This document shows positions 27,501 through 40,540 of a stretch of 64,000 nucleotides of DNA, in pieces. Position 1 is the stretch's first letter. Each line of letters starts with the position of its first letter. A program made the translations under genes and the position numbers. The DNA comes from Octopus sinensis (Eukaryota), in assembly GCF_006345805.1 (NCBI RefSeq), contig NC_043010.1:54002001-54066000 (forward strand), given 5' to 3'. The notes beneath the pieces were generated by a model that saw nothing but the letters and a program-made list of their open reading frames with translations, ran no database searches and had not been told where the DNA came from.

Positions 27501-28533
27501 TCGCTCACATTACTTACATCAAACCATATTAAAAAGAGCCATATTAAAAGGCAGTTGCCCCAAATTTAAAGGGAGATTGAAAACGGGATCTAGTGAACGG
27601 GTCTCAAATTTCGACGCAAAAATGCTCTGGGCTGGTATGAAACTCGCTTGTATACAAAATGACATATATCTACATTTATATAACTGGATATGAATTCATT
27701 CATACTAATGAGTATGCATGTTTATCTAATTTTATATACATATAGGATATTCACATATATGAATAAATAACTGACAAACTTAAGTATTTGGGGAATATAA
27801 GATATACATGGTTAAATGGAAGATTCATTGACTTGTACATATCATCATATCTATAGAGTGAACTGCGCATATTGCATATATATACGCGTTTGTGTGTATG
27901 TAAATATAAATATAAATTTTGGATTCTGTAAGTGTGTTTTATGTGTATGTGACTATTTGCTCATGAATATGCGTAGATATACAGGTTGTCTCTCCTTAAA
28001 TCTCCAAGTTTTCACGGGGTCATTGTGGGACTTTCATAATGTCCACATCGAAATGAATATTATTTGAACATGAATAACTATAGAATAATTTGGTTAATAC
28101 TTGCAGATCTGTGGTCGCTTCTAACTATTCAAATATATCATACTGTTTTTTTCTTTTGTTTTAGGTGATATCAATATTCAAAATTGTAACACATTACCAT
28201 GTCTACCATTTTTATAGCTATGACAATCGAAAGTACTAAGTATACATAACGATCAACAACATTGTTATCACAACTGCCATCATTATTACATTCCACATTA
28301 AACTCAGCTGAGAGCGGCTTGATAATTCAATTCCTGCGATTTCGGTAGAATTGCATATTTATTCCTAAGTTGAACTTCAACTATTAACCGACCTTCTGGG
28401 TCCTTGTCTAACATTTGCAAAATGAATTACACCTAACCCACACAGTCCTATGAATAATAACTTGTGTTTCTGTGTGTGTTTCTGTGTGTGTATGTATGAT
28501 GTATGTATGTATATATGTATGTATATATTTATG

Positions 28534-28567
<34 letters not shown>

Positions 28568-28582
28568 TGTATGTATACTAGT

Positions 28583-28813
28583 TTATGTGTGTATGTGTGA
28601 ACAGCATCAAGTGTTGAGCTCTACATGTTGTGTTTAAGAAATAACTGAGATAAAAGAAAAGAGATTGTGATAGCTGTTACTGACAAGCAATGTAACATGC
28701 GATTATTAAATAACAATAGCACAAAATTTAACATGCTTTCTCAGCCGCTTGAGTGTCAACATGATAAATTTTGTCCTATTATGTATATGTATGTTTATAT
28801 ATATATAATATGC

Positions 28814-28848
<35 letters not shown>

Positions 28849-28899
28849 ATATATATATGCATATAATATATATATATATCAAGGACAAAATTTATCATG

Positions 28900-28941
<42 letters not shown>

Positions 28942-29077
28942 TATATATATCTATATGTATATGTAATAGATATGTATATATATGTATATATATATATATA
29001 TATTGTACATATATATATATATATTCTTAAACACAACATGTAGAGCTCAACACTTGATGCTGTTCACACATACCCAC

Positions 29078-29081
<4 letters not shown>
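28583..29081. repeat. Nested inverted repeats (58 bp and 20 bp) around a (TA)n centre
   Basis: 28583-28640 is the reverse complement of 29024-29081 (57/58 identical); 28758-28777 is the reverse complement of 28882-28901 (20/20). Confidence 0.95.
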
Positions 29082-29114
<33 letters not shown>

Positions 29115-29687
29115 AGTAAAATGTGTGTTATGAGAATTTATAGTATAATAGTCCGATATAAACTCAACTAGCGGTTGCAAAAATGGAGAAGAGATGTTAA
29201 AAGTTTTTATAAAATTTACGTCCATGTGATCGTTTCGAATTTTAAACCCAACATGTACGAAACATGGGAAAATTAAATTAATTATAATAATAATGAAAAT
29301 GATGATAAAATTAAATTAATTTTTAATTATGTATCACCGGACACATGTTGTAGGTAAGCAAATATATTATCTCTCTCCCTCTCTCTCTCTCAATATATAT
29401 ATATATATATATATACCACCTACATACATACACACACACACGCACACAAACATATATACATATATATATATACACCTACATACAACACACACACATACAT
29501 ACATATATATATATATTATATATATATATATATATAGTCATGGTACATTCTGTTAAGAACGTGGTAGAATAGAGTATCAGGCGCGTCCACCTTCAGCTTT
29601 CGCCCTGTGCTATCCAGTATTATACGTACCTCCAGGTTTACGTTTGGACATCTGTCATATATGACAAAATAATTTCAATGATATATA

Positions 29688-29733
<46 letters not shown>

Positions 29734-30334
29734 TGTGTATGTGTGTGATCCTTTATATTTTATATCATAAATGTATAATAGTAGTCATTTACAGTACATA
29801 GTTTATTGTCATATTTGTATTTCGTGACAATGAAGAACATATATCCCGTGTACATAATCCAAATGTTCGCCATCATCATTCCACTGAATCTCTGAGTTAG
29901 GAAGATGTGTTTGCAGCTTCCCTTCTTTAGCTTCTGATGTATTCCACGCCCTCTTTTCATTCTTGCAATATTTTCCCATCTCTTTAATTAAGTTTTGCTT
30001 ATGGAAAACGATAATGCCTTTTACTTGTCAATTTCGTTTAGAAATTAATCATTTTGTCATGCCTTCGGGCAGATGTCTTCTAAGAGGAAACTGATTTATC
30101 AAGAAACTTTATTATGTGAGTATGTGCGTCTGTGTGCGTGTGCGCATGCCACCGTTAGAGTTTGTGTGTGTGTGTTTATTTATGTAGGTGCGTTAGTAAA
30201 TTTTTTCTCATTTTTGACACGTGGGACATGCTATTGATTTAGAATATTTTATACTTATTATTTATTTTCTCCTTTACACTTCCAATAGCTCACAGTACTA
30301 TTCGATTAATTAATTAACTTTTATCATTATTACT

Positions 30335-30353
30335 ACAATTATTATTATTATTA

Positions 30354-30422
<69 letters not shown>

Positions 30423-30450
30423 CATCATCAACATCATCATTATTATTATT
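30335..30450. repeat. (TTA)n microsatellite
   Basis: Direct read. Confidence 0.95.
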
Positions 30451-30794
30451 TCTTTCTGTTGGTATAATACATTTATGAAATTCATGTTCTTATATATATA
30501 TATAATAAATAAAGAATACACATTTTCATTTCTTGATAATTTCACATGTACATCATATTATACAGATGCATGCACCTTCCTTTAAACGCGCGTCCCACAC
30601 AAGTACACACATATACGTACAGGTGCTACAATGGTGTATTTAATATTAGCAGAGGTGAAACTACATCTAAATATTTAAATATACTTAATTTCTTTAACAG
30701 TATATATAATATATATATAGATTATATTATATATATATATATATATATATAATATAATATCATATATATATATATTATTAATATGCATGTATAT

Positions 30795-31081
30795 GTGGAG
30801 GGCAATGACCCAGTGGTTAGGGCAGCGGACTTGCGGTTTCGTTCTCTGTGTTTATTGAGAGAAAATACCTAAAGCTCCACGAGGCTCCGGCGGGAGGTAG
30901 TGGCGACCCCTGCTGTACTCTTTCACCACAAATTTCTCCCACTCTTTCTTCTGTTGGCCTGCTGGCTTAGCCAGCGAAGTGGCGTTATTTGAAGGCTAAA
31001 ACAATGCGAAGCGCATTGTGACTAGTGATGTGTAGCAATATATGATATATCCTGATATCCTGGCAGGTCACGAACATCACG

Positions 31082-31085
<4 letters not shown>
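30795..31085 (+). mobile_element. SINE family A, tail type 1, B box partly deleted
   Basis: gtggagggcaatgacccagtggttagggcagcggac head, shared central domain, tail ending ggtcacgaacatcacggtg. Confidence 0.85.
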
Positions 31086-31132
<47 letters not shown>

Positions 31133-32320
31133 ATGTATGTATGTATGCACGTACGTATGTACGTATGTATGCATGCACCTATGTAAGTATGTATGTATTT
31201 ATGTACGTACGTATGTATGTGTATCCATACACACACATTGCTCACAATATTAAGTATTGTGGAGAATGGCAGCTTTAATTTTATTATTCGTGGACTGTAT
31301 GTCTTACTTACTAGATGTATAAATACTATAGTGTGCTATATCTGACGTATGTATTTAAATCATGAACAGTTTCTAGCGCATAATTTTAACTTACAAATGT
31401 CTTGTATCGATTGCATTGAGACTTTATGAATTGTCGTAAAGTGTACGCGTATATATATCAAACTGTTATTACATGTAGATGATCGGCCCGTTTTTGAAAT
31501 ATGTTGATGTTTGTATAAATGTTTAAAAGCTTTTTTTCTAAATAAAGTTTTCAGTTGTAAATCTAATTTAATTAATTTTGAAATATGAGGAAAACTTTTA
31601 AGGAATGAAATTTTATGAAAAAAAAAATGGTATTTTTATAATTTAAACTATCACAAATTTACTACAAAAAACATTTCAGGTTTTGAAATGTCTTTCAAAG
31701 TATAAACGAAGAATTTCTAATTTATAGCATTTTCTGCACAAAAGACCCTTGAAAATATAATTTTTATCAAGGAACTTCTGATACACATAAGTATCGTATC
31801 TCAAGTTCTGCAAATATGAATGTTCACACGTTGTGTGCTGGTTCTATGCACGTTACGGTATAGCCTTCAGTAACTAGAACCAATTAATTAAAACGCAAAT
31901 TAACTAACTTATTATTTCAATTATATTCGTCTTTCCCTCCCTCTATCTCCCCCTCTCTCTCGCACACAAACGCACACACTCACCCACACACGCTAGACAC
32001 ACGCAAATCTTTTAAATATCCACTTTGGTAGCATTCCTAAATAAATCTTCTGTACCGTACGTTTACCATATTGGGGTTAAATTAGAATATTGCCCCTGTC
32101 AATAACGATCTGTTTCAATAGAGCATGCGTCTAGTACAAGAGCAGGCATCTTTACTTCACGATTCCGCTTCTTGTTTCTTTGGTCTTACAGAAAAAATTA
32201 GTAAACTAATGTCTTTTTTGCTTCATAATAAATCTTCATAATTTAAAAATTAGTAAACCTTGTCTTTTTTGCTTCATAATAAATCTTCATAATTTAAAAA
32301 AGAATATTCTATAAACATAT

Positions 32321-32695
32321 ATTTCTTTTATGCCAACAAGGGACTAAACATAGAGGTGACAAACAAGGACAAACAAAGGGATTAAGTCGATTACATCGAC
32401 CCCAATGCGTAACTGGTACGTAATTTATTGATCCCGAAAGGATGAAAGGCAAAGTCGACCTCAGCGGAATTCGAACTCAAATCGTAAAGACAGACGAAAT
32501 ACCTATTTCTTTACTACCCACAAGGGGCTAAACACAGAGAGAACAAACAAGGACAGACAAACGGGTTACGTCTATTATATCGACCCCAGTGCGTAATTGG
32601 TACTTATTAATCAACCCCAAATGGATGAATGGCAAAGTTGACCTCGGCGGAATTTGAACTCAGAGCGTAGCGTCAGACGAAATACCTATTTCTTT
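32321..32695 (-). mobile_element. SINE family B tandem body units
   Basis: Two units with junctions gacgaaatacc|tatttcttt at ~32504 and ~32687. Confidence 0.9.
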
Positions 32696-32847
32696 GAATT
32701 TTATCTTCAAAGGAATGAAGAGCAAGCCTTCTTCTATCATGCTCTGAATTTTGGTCAACTTGCGCCGCAGGGTCTCGGAGGAGTTAGTGTTAGTTGAAGT
32801 CTACCAAGCCTGCCACACACAGACAACTTCAGTTTTATATATAGAGA
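32696..32847 (-). mobile_element. Helitron 5' end fragment
   Basis: Ends cacacacagacaacttcagttttatatatagaga|t, matching the terminus at 9960-9997. Confidence 0.6.
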
Positions 32848-32939
32848 TTTAAAAATGATGCTAATATTGGAGGCGCAAGCAGACGCTTCGCTTACACACC
32901 ACATATATATTCATTGCGACTTGTCTTTGTCAAAATACC

Positions 32940-33170
32940 TATGTCTTTACTACCCACAAGGGGCTAGACACAGAAGGGACAGACAAGGACAGACAAACGG
33001 ATTAAGTCGATTACATTGACCCCAGTGCGTAACTTGTACTTAATTTATCGACCCCGAAAGGATGAAAGGTAAAGTCGACCTCGGCGGAATTTGAACTCAG
33101 AACGTAATGGCAGACGAAATACCGCTAAGCATTTCGCCCGGCGTGCTAACGTTTCTGCCAGCTCACCACC
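32940..33170 (-). mobile_element. SINE family B, full length
   Basis: Colinear with 4320-4550 and 20647-20873. Confidence 0.9.
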
Positions 33171-34134
33171 TTTAGCAGCTTTAATATTGTAAGAATTACA
33201 TGTATAGATATATGCATATATTGCGTATGTATATAGATTAAGAATGCTATACAGGCAGGTAAACGTACACATAAACACACATACACACGCACATAAAGTT
33301 ATGCATATGTTCATATGCACCATGATTTAGAAGCATCTTATTAGTTAACCGAAATTATATCACTTTTACTAAAAACACAACTATTAAAATTTAAAATTAT
33401 GTGGAAACTTCTTATAGATTTCAGTTTAATACATTATTTAAAATGGTGTTAATATTTGAGATTCAAGCAGACACTTTGTTCATTCACAATATATTTATTC
33501 ATTGCGATATGTCTCTGTTAATCGTTCTCTCTCTACCTCTCCATTCAACTGTTTATATTTAAATATTTTAATGCACTGCACTGCCGAATTGCTTACCAGC
33601 TCTGTCTCTAACTCACGATCACTTTCTCCCGCTCTATTCAATTGTTTTTCACAAAAAAAAAAACGAGATTACAAAGATTCGTTTGAAATATTTTTAGAAT
33701 ATTTTTTTGAAATTACTTATACGCTTTATTTAGTTATACAAAAATGGGTCAACCATGCTGATATTTATAATGAACGGCCTGAATTATTTTGTCTAAATCA
33801 AATTTGTGTTTTGTTGTTCTCTGTTGAGTTTCGCTGTTTTCAATGTCGTCTACACTTGTAATTTTACTTTTTTCTCCCGAAAACTATGTTCATAAGGATT
33901 GTCTCTCTTTTTTCTCCCAAAAAACTTCGTTCATAACGCTTGCAATAACATTTCATTAAATACTTATGACTGAAGTCTCCCTCCAGCACATCCCTCCAAA
34001 TTGAATTTGTTGTCGCTTTCGCGTTCCATTTTGTCTTAGTCATTCATAAAAAAATTATCACTCAAAACTACTATCAGATATCGTTTGATATCTGGCAATA
34101 AGAATAAGTATATATATATATATATATATATATA

Positions 34135-34341
34135 ACGGGAAGCTTTATGAAAATAAACAAAAGACGAAGGCAGGTGGAAAACAACGAACAATTGTATTAG
34201 TATGGCGCTCAGGAAATAAATAAAACAAGTCTTTAACGTTTCGAGCCTACGCTCTTCAACAGAAAGATACACAGAGAGAGAAAAACACAGAAAGAAGGAG
34301 AGAAAAAAAATGCGTGCAGTAGCTAACGAATCAACATGGCG
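34135..34341 (-). mobile_element. Short non-autonomous Penelope-like repeat carrying a hammerhead motif (copy 1)
   Basis: Colinear with 35059-35250; abuts (TA)n; contains the motif at 34229-34267. Confidence 0.7.
34229..34267 (-). ncRNA. Minimal type I hammerhead ribozyme motif, variant core CUGUUGA
   Basis: Reverse complement: UCUUU-CUGUUGA-A-GAGC-GUAG-GCUC-GAAA-CGUU-AAAGA; stem I 5 bp, stem II 4 bp, palindromic AACGUU stem III. Confidence 0.7.
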
Positions 34342-34522
34342 ATCTATATATAAATATTTATACATAAAACTATATATAGACACAAAAAATATATATATGT
34401 ACATATATATATAACATACTAATATGATCTAAATATTTAACACCTTCGTAAATTTATCAAAGATAAATATACAATAGTGCTAAATTTCTCACCTTTTGTA
34501 TTTTCTTAGTCCACCACCTATT

Positions 34523-34726
34523 TTTTCTACTCTAGGCACAAGGATCGAAATTTTGGGGAAGAGGGCCATTCGATTAGATCGACTGCAGTACGCAAGTGCT
34601 ACTTAATTTTGGCCAGGAAAGGATGAACGGCAAAGTCGGCCGCGGCGGAAGTTAATAATCATAACGTAACGACAGACTGCTAAGCATTCCGCCCCGCGTG
34701 CTAACGTTTCTTCCAGCTCACCGCCT
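34523..34726 (-). mobile_element. SINE family B, G-rich tail, decayed
   Basis: ctaggcacaagg.cgaaattttgggg tail; gctaacgtttcttccagctcaccgcct head. Confidence 0.8.
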
Positions 34727-35058
34727 AACAAGTTCATCACATACTGATCCAACAAATAAGCTTGATTACGAGCCACTGTAATACCAATGGAAACGAAATG
34801 TGCATAAGCTCTTCCAAATGTATAACTCTTCATTCGTTTTCATTTTCTACTAAACTGTTAGAACCCGCGATGAAATAATTCAGGGTATGAACATAATATT
34901 TCCAAATTGGTCAGGTTCAGGACAATTTAGCTAGCCGAGTTTGATCCCTAAAGAATGCTTTTCCATATGCTATACCACTGGTTTTAAATTGATACTAACC
35001 AAATTAATATTCAAATTTTTACCCTTACATTTATATATATATATATATATATATATGT

Positions 35059-35250
35059 AGGGAGAGTTTACGAAAAAAAGACGAAGATAGGTGGTGTACA
35101 AAACGAACAGATGTATTAGTATAACGCTCAGGAATAGAAAAATCTTTTACGTTTCGAGCCTACGCTCTTCTATAGAAAGGGACACAGAAAAAAACAAGTA
35201 GAGAAACAAAGAGAGAAAAAGTGTGTAGTGAGTAACGATCTATCATGGCG
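35059..35250 (-). mobile_element. Short non-autonomous Penelope-like repeat carrying a hammerhead motif (copy 2)
   Basis: Colinear with 34135-34341; abuts (TA)n. Confidence 0.7.
35143..35179 (-). ncRNA. Minimal hammerhead motif, degenerate core CUAUAGA
   Basis: Reverse complement: CUUU-CUAUAGA-A-GAGC-GUAG-GCUC-GAAA-CGUA-AAAG; stem II identical to the 34229 copy. Confidence 0.55.
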
Positions 35251-35969
35251 ACTAGTGCCGGACAGAAGGGTCAAACACAGGAAGGAAAGTAGGGGAGATA
35301 ACAAGGTAAAGATGACCCCCCTCCCAGCACAAAGGAGCGTGTGTGTATAAGAGAGTATGTATGTGCGTGTGAGAGAGGGCTGGTGGTCTGGACATGTGCG
35401 TGTATGTATGTGTAAGTGTGAAGATGTGGGGATGGCGTATATATATATATAAGCCCCAATACATGGATTCAAGCAATCCGGTGGTACTCATAAAAACGTC
35501 TCTAATTATATGATTCTAGAAAACATAATGCATATATAATACGATACAAGAGAAAACAGTGCGCAGTGTATAGAATCACATTTAACAGAGAAATAGTTTG
35601 ATGGAATTTTATATAGCAATTGTAAGATCATGGCATATTGTCATGATATTAGAATTTTCGTATTGTTAAATAAAATTTTATGTAAACATTTCTCTGTCAC
35701 TTGTGACTACATATACACGAATAGAAATACATACATATACACACACCCATACATGCTCATTCACCTCGGCTGAGACACACACGTGCACTCACAGACACGC
35801 TCACACAAACAGGCATACACACACTCACACACATATATGTGTGTGTATTTGGTAATTAGATACCTACAGATTCTATATATGACTGAACAAATACAAATAT
35901 AGAAAAATATAAATGCAAGCACACGTATATAATTATATATATGTATAGTCTTACGGTTCTGCATAAAAA

Positions 35970-36027
<58 letters not shown>

Positions 36028-36607
36028 TAGACTTATATACGCATACGCACACAAATATACACACACATACAGACATAATAGTATACGACAGAGTCGTATC
36101 TAGATCCTCTGTCAGCATTTTGGCTATAAATACTGGATAGTAGATTGTATAGAACTGGACAATTTTCCTTAAATGAAGCTATTCATGCTGTCTGATTTTC
36201 CAGGTATAATAAACTCATTATGGAACATAGAGTGTTGCTTTGTATGTATGTGTATGTATGCTAAGCTCATCATTCTCTATATACAAAAGCTATAGATAAT
36301 GGAATCTTTTAAGTACAGATTGCATTGCTGTTTATCTTGTCTGATGAGATGTACACTTTATATTTACATACAGATTTACATTCACGGAAAATTTTATTCT
36401 ACCATGTATTGTCGAAACACATACGACTAAAGAATAAACATAATACTAAAAATTCTATTCTCAAACCTTATATGTATATATATATATATCTTATATATAT
36501 CTATATATATATAATTATATATATATATATATATATATGTAGGTCCCGGTTGATTCGGGGTTAACCACAGTAAATAAGGTACTCAATACATAGCAGAGTA
36601 CAATTAA

Positions 36608-36666
36608 TAGAACTGTTTCATTCAAGAGAATCTTCCTGAAGATTTCTCTTGAATGAAACAGTTCTA
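36608..36666. repeat. Perfect 23-bp inverted repeat (hairpin)
   Basis: tagaactgtttcattcaagagaa (36608-36630) pairs exactly with ttctcttgaatgaaacagttcta (36644-36666); the inner tctt/aaga adds 4 bp. Confidence 0.95.
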
Positions 36667-37329
36667 GTCCTGTAGAAGCTCCTTCTATATAAAAATTATA
36701 TATAATATATATTAATATATATATATATATATATATATTAGGAAATAATTTTATTCTCAAGCGCAGATAATGCTAATAACATATATAGCATGAACAGAAT
36801 AAACTACGGATATTTTGCAGACAAATGTGTCAGTGGTCATCCTTGTGATTACACGTCCAGTGTTTTACCTTTAAGCTAAACTGACCCAACGAAATATTCT
36901 TCTACCAGCTTAGAATATATAAATCTTGTTTTATAAGATGCTATCGTACGTTAAATTAAAACTACGATGAAAGTAAACAAAGTTTGCTTTAGAAGTGTTG
37001 AGATGTATTGAAAGATAAGGAAATAATTTTATTCTCAAAGGCAGTATAATGCTAATGATATAGCATGACCAGGATAAACTTCTCATAATTTTGTGTGTAC
37101 GTGTGTATGATCTGTTTTATGTATCTTAATTGCGTGTACCAGTCAGATAATACTAATTCGACGTCAGCTACCTTATCTAGATATATAGAGATATACGTAC
37201 CGTTGCACTATTCTGGATCTCGGAGATTCCATGCATGGCAATGCAAATCAAATTAAATCAATTACAACCAGCATTGCGACGAATATGTTTTAGACGGTAA
37301 AATCCTTGTAACCTTTCATACGTAACGTG

Positions 37330-37739
37330 TTTACTCTTTACTCTTTACTCTTTTACTTGTTTCAGTCATTTGACTGTGACCATGCTGGAGCACCGCCTTT
37401 AGTCGAGCAAATCGACCCGGGACTTATTCTTTGTAAGCCCAGTACTTATTCTATCGGTCTCTTTTGCCGAACCGCTAAGTGACGGGGACGTAAACACACC
37501 AGCATCGGTTGTCAAGCAATGCTAGGGGGACAAACACAGACACACAAACATATACACACACACTTATATATATATATACATATATACGACAGGCTTCTTT
37601 CAGTTTCCGTCTACCAAATCCACTCACAAGGCATTGGTCGGCCCGGGGCTATAGCAGAAGACACTTGCCCAAGATGCCACGCAGTGGGACTGAACCCGGA
37701 GCCATGTGGTTGGTTAGCAAGCTACTTACGACACAGCCA
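37330..37739 (-). mobile_element. SINE family C, full length
   Basis: Intact head and (AAAGAGT)n tail. Confidence 0.92.
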
Positions 37740-37787
37740 TTCATTTTGTAGTTTGCTCTTCATAAAGTTTCCTTTGCTTCTGTGTGT

Positions 37788-37832
<45 letters not shown>

Positions 37833-37979
37833 TCTCTCTCTCTCTATATATATATACATAATTGAAAATAGGATAAAATCTTTATAAGAATTTAGGGTGA
37901 AAAACTTCATAAGGGAAAAATCCATCAATTATTCCTCTTAAATATATTTATTTATATTCAGGACTATACTATACCTAAA

Positions 37980-38140
37980 TAATAAGTCCTTGTGTCGATT
38001 TAGTCGACTAAAGGCAGTTTTCCAGCATGGCCGCAATGAAATGACTGAATCAAACAAAAGAATAAAAGAATAAAAGAATATATATATTTCTTAATATCTA
38101 GTTTCAGCTCATGAGCTGTGGCCATGTTGGGGCACCGCCA
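37980..38140. mobile_element. SINE family C 3' fragments in opposite orientations
   Basis: aataagtcc...cgactaaaggc...ccagcatggccgc...(aaaagaat)n on plus, then gtttcagctcatgagctgtggccatg on minus. Confidence 0.6.
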
Positions 38141-38615
38141 TATATGTATATGCTCATATATATACGTGTACGTGATTATATATACGTACAGGCATAGAAC
38201 TATATACGGCAGCTTGACTGATAGCTAATGACTGGACAAAAGGTGATAACGTGTTTAAAACACTATTTACATAAGCAATTTTAAAGAAGCAGAAATATTT
38301 AGGTTTCCTAATTTTTGCTTTACTCTCTATCGACATTTACGTCTCTAGTTCCCGAAATTTAGAGCAAGATTATATTGAATTTTAAGGGCATAACCCGGAG
38401 CTATGCTCACAGCGATATCTGAGAATTACAGGAAATAGCATACATTGTATGTATGTGCATTTATGTATATTTATATATGTACTTCCAAGCAGATATCTAT
38501 GCATATATATTTCTCTCTATATAGATATGTGTGCATCTGTATGTATGCGCGGCCGCATTTATGTGTGTGTGTGTGTGCGTATGTGTGTGTTTGTTTTTGC
38601 AAATGTATGTATGGT

Positions 38616-38677
<62 letters not shown>

Positions 38678-38897
38678 TGTATATATATATATACATATAT
38701 ATATATGCATATATATGTGTGTGTGTATGTGTGTGCGTATTATATATATATATAGCTTTTATGAATCTCTTGTTGCCTGTTTGGATTTTAACCTTATAAG
38801 CTTCCAAAATAAACAATTAGATTAAAGACATCGAGCGTTGCACAAAATCCGAAAAAAGCCAACGCACTAGTTGTCCCAAAAATATTACTTTAACTTG

Positions 38898-39288
38898 TGT
38901 TCTTCTTCCTTTTCTTCTTCTTCTCCTTCTTCTCGTTCTCGTTCTTCTTCTCCTTCCTCTTCTTCTTCTTCTTCTTCTTCTTCTTCTTCTTCTTCTTCTT
39001 CTTTCTCTCTTCTTCGTCTTCTTTCTTCTTCTTTCTTCTTCTTCTTCTTTTCTTTCTTCTTCTTCTTCTTCTTCTTCTTCTTCTTCTTCTTCTTCTAGTT
39101 CTTGTTGTTTTTGTTATCGTTGTTCCCCTTCTCTATTCCTCCTCCCCTCTTCCTACCTATTTCTTCTTCTGCTGACCACCCTTCTCTTTCTCCTCATTTT
39201 TCTTATCTCCTCTTTCTGCTGACCTTCCTTCTATTTCCTGCTAACCCGCCTTCTCCTCCTCCACCTCCTGCTCCTCCCCCTCCTCATT

Positions 39289-39319
<31 letters not shown>

Positions 39320-39400
39320 CTCTTCTTCTTCTTCTTCTTCTTCTTCTTCTTTATTTCTTTCTTTCTTTCTTTCTTTCTTTCTTTATCTCCCTCCTTCCCC
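38898..39400. repeat. (TTC)n/(CCT)n/(CTA)n low-complexity block
   Basis: Direct read. Confidence 0.95.
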
Positions 39401-40229
39401 ACTTCTCTCTTTTCCTCCTCATTTCTTTGAATATAGACACTCGCATACGCTGAACATTACGAAAATATATTGCAGAAAACATTTAAATCTCATGCTTCTG
39501 TTTTCCATACACAAATTCCATGCCTTTCAGCAATCTTCTTCCGCTTTAGTCAGTATCGATCTGTGATTTCAAGATCATATTTTATTTTGTCTAAACCTCA
39601 ATATACAACATTCCACTGAATTTTATTACTATTCCTATAAATCTCTTCATTTTAAGCATCCATAGGTCCTCATTACTAAGTGGATATTTCAAACGAATGT
39701 ACGTATATATTATGCAACATCTTTATATTCCCAGTGTATAAGGTGAACGAACGAGAAAATCATATTAATTATCACGCATTAGAGCCCATAAGATTTCGTT
39801 ATGTCAGTTATCTATATCATTGGGATGTTAATTTGGTCTTTCATGTTTGGATGATCGATAAACTAATTATCACTTGATAAATATGATCGATGCAATTTAT
39901 CCTATTACGGAAAGTTTTCTGCGTAGATTGCATCCAGTAAAGTCATAGCAAAATTACGTGCACATTAAACAAAATCTTCAAAAAATGAGAGGAAATTTTA
40001 TTATGCGTGATCAATTTTCTCGCTTTCTTAGTGATATAGAGATATCTTTTGGAATTGTTTAACAGTTTACATGTGAAATTTCATGGTTAATCAGGGCCCA
40101 TTTTTTTTTGAAGCATGATCACACTCAGTCACCTCAGGAGTATAGAGGCACAATTCTGATCTTAATATACTATGGTTCACTGTTAATATATAAGTACTAT
40201 AGGGTCAGGTGCTCCCCCTTCGTTTTGTT

Positions 40230-40540
40230 TTTTGTTCTTGTTCTCGTTCTTGTTCTTGTTCTTTTTCTCCTCCTCCTCCTCCTCCTCCTCCTCCTCCTAC
40301 TACTACTACTACTACTACTACTAACTACTACTACTACTTCTTCTTTTCTTCCTTCTACTTCTTGTTCTAATTCTTCTTATTCTTTATCATCATCTCTTTC
40401 TTTTCTTCTTTTCCTACCTCTTCTTCTTTCTCTTCTTTCTCCTCCTATTTTCTACTTCTTCTACTTCTGTTTCTTCTACTACCTCCTCCTTCTTCTACTT
40501 CTTTTTTCCTCCTCCCCCTGCCCCTTCTCCTCCCCCACTT
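40230..40540. repeat. Pyrimidine-rich triplet block
   Basis: Direct read. Confidence 0.9.
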
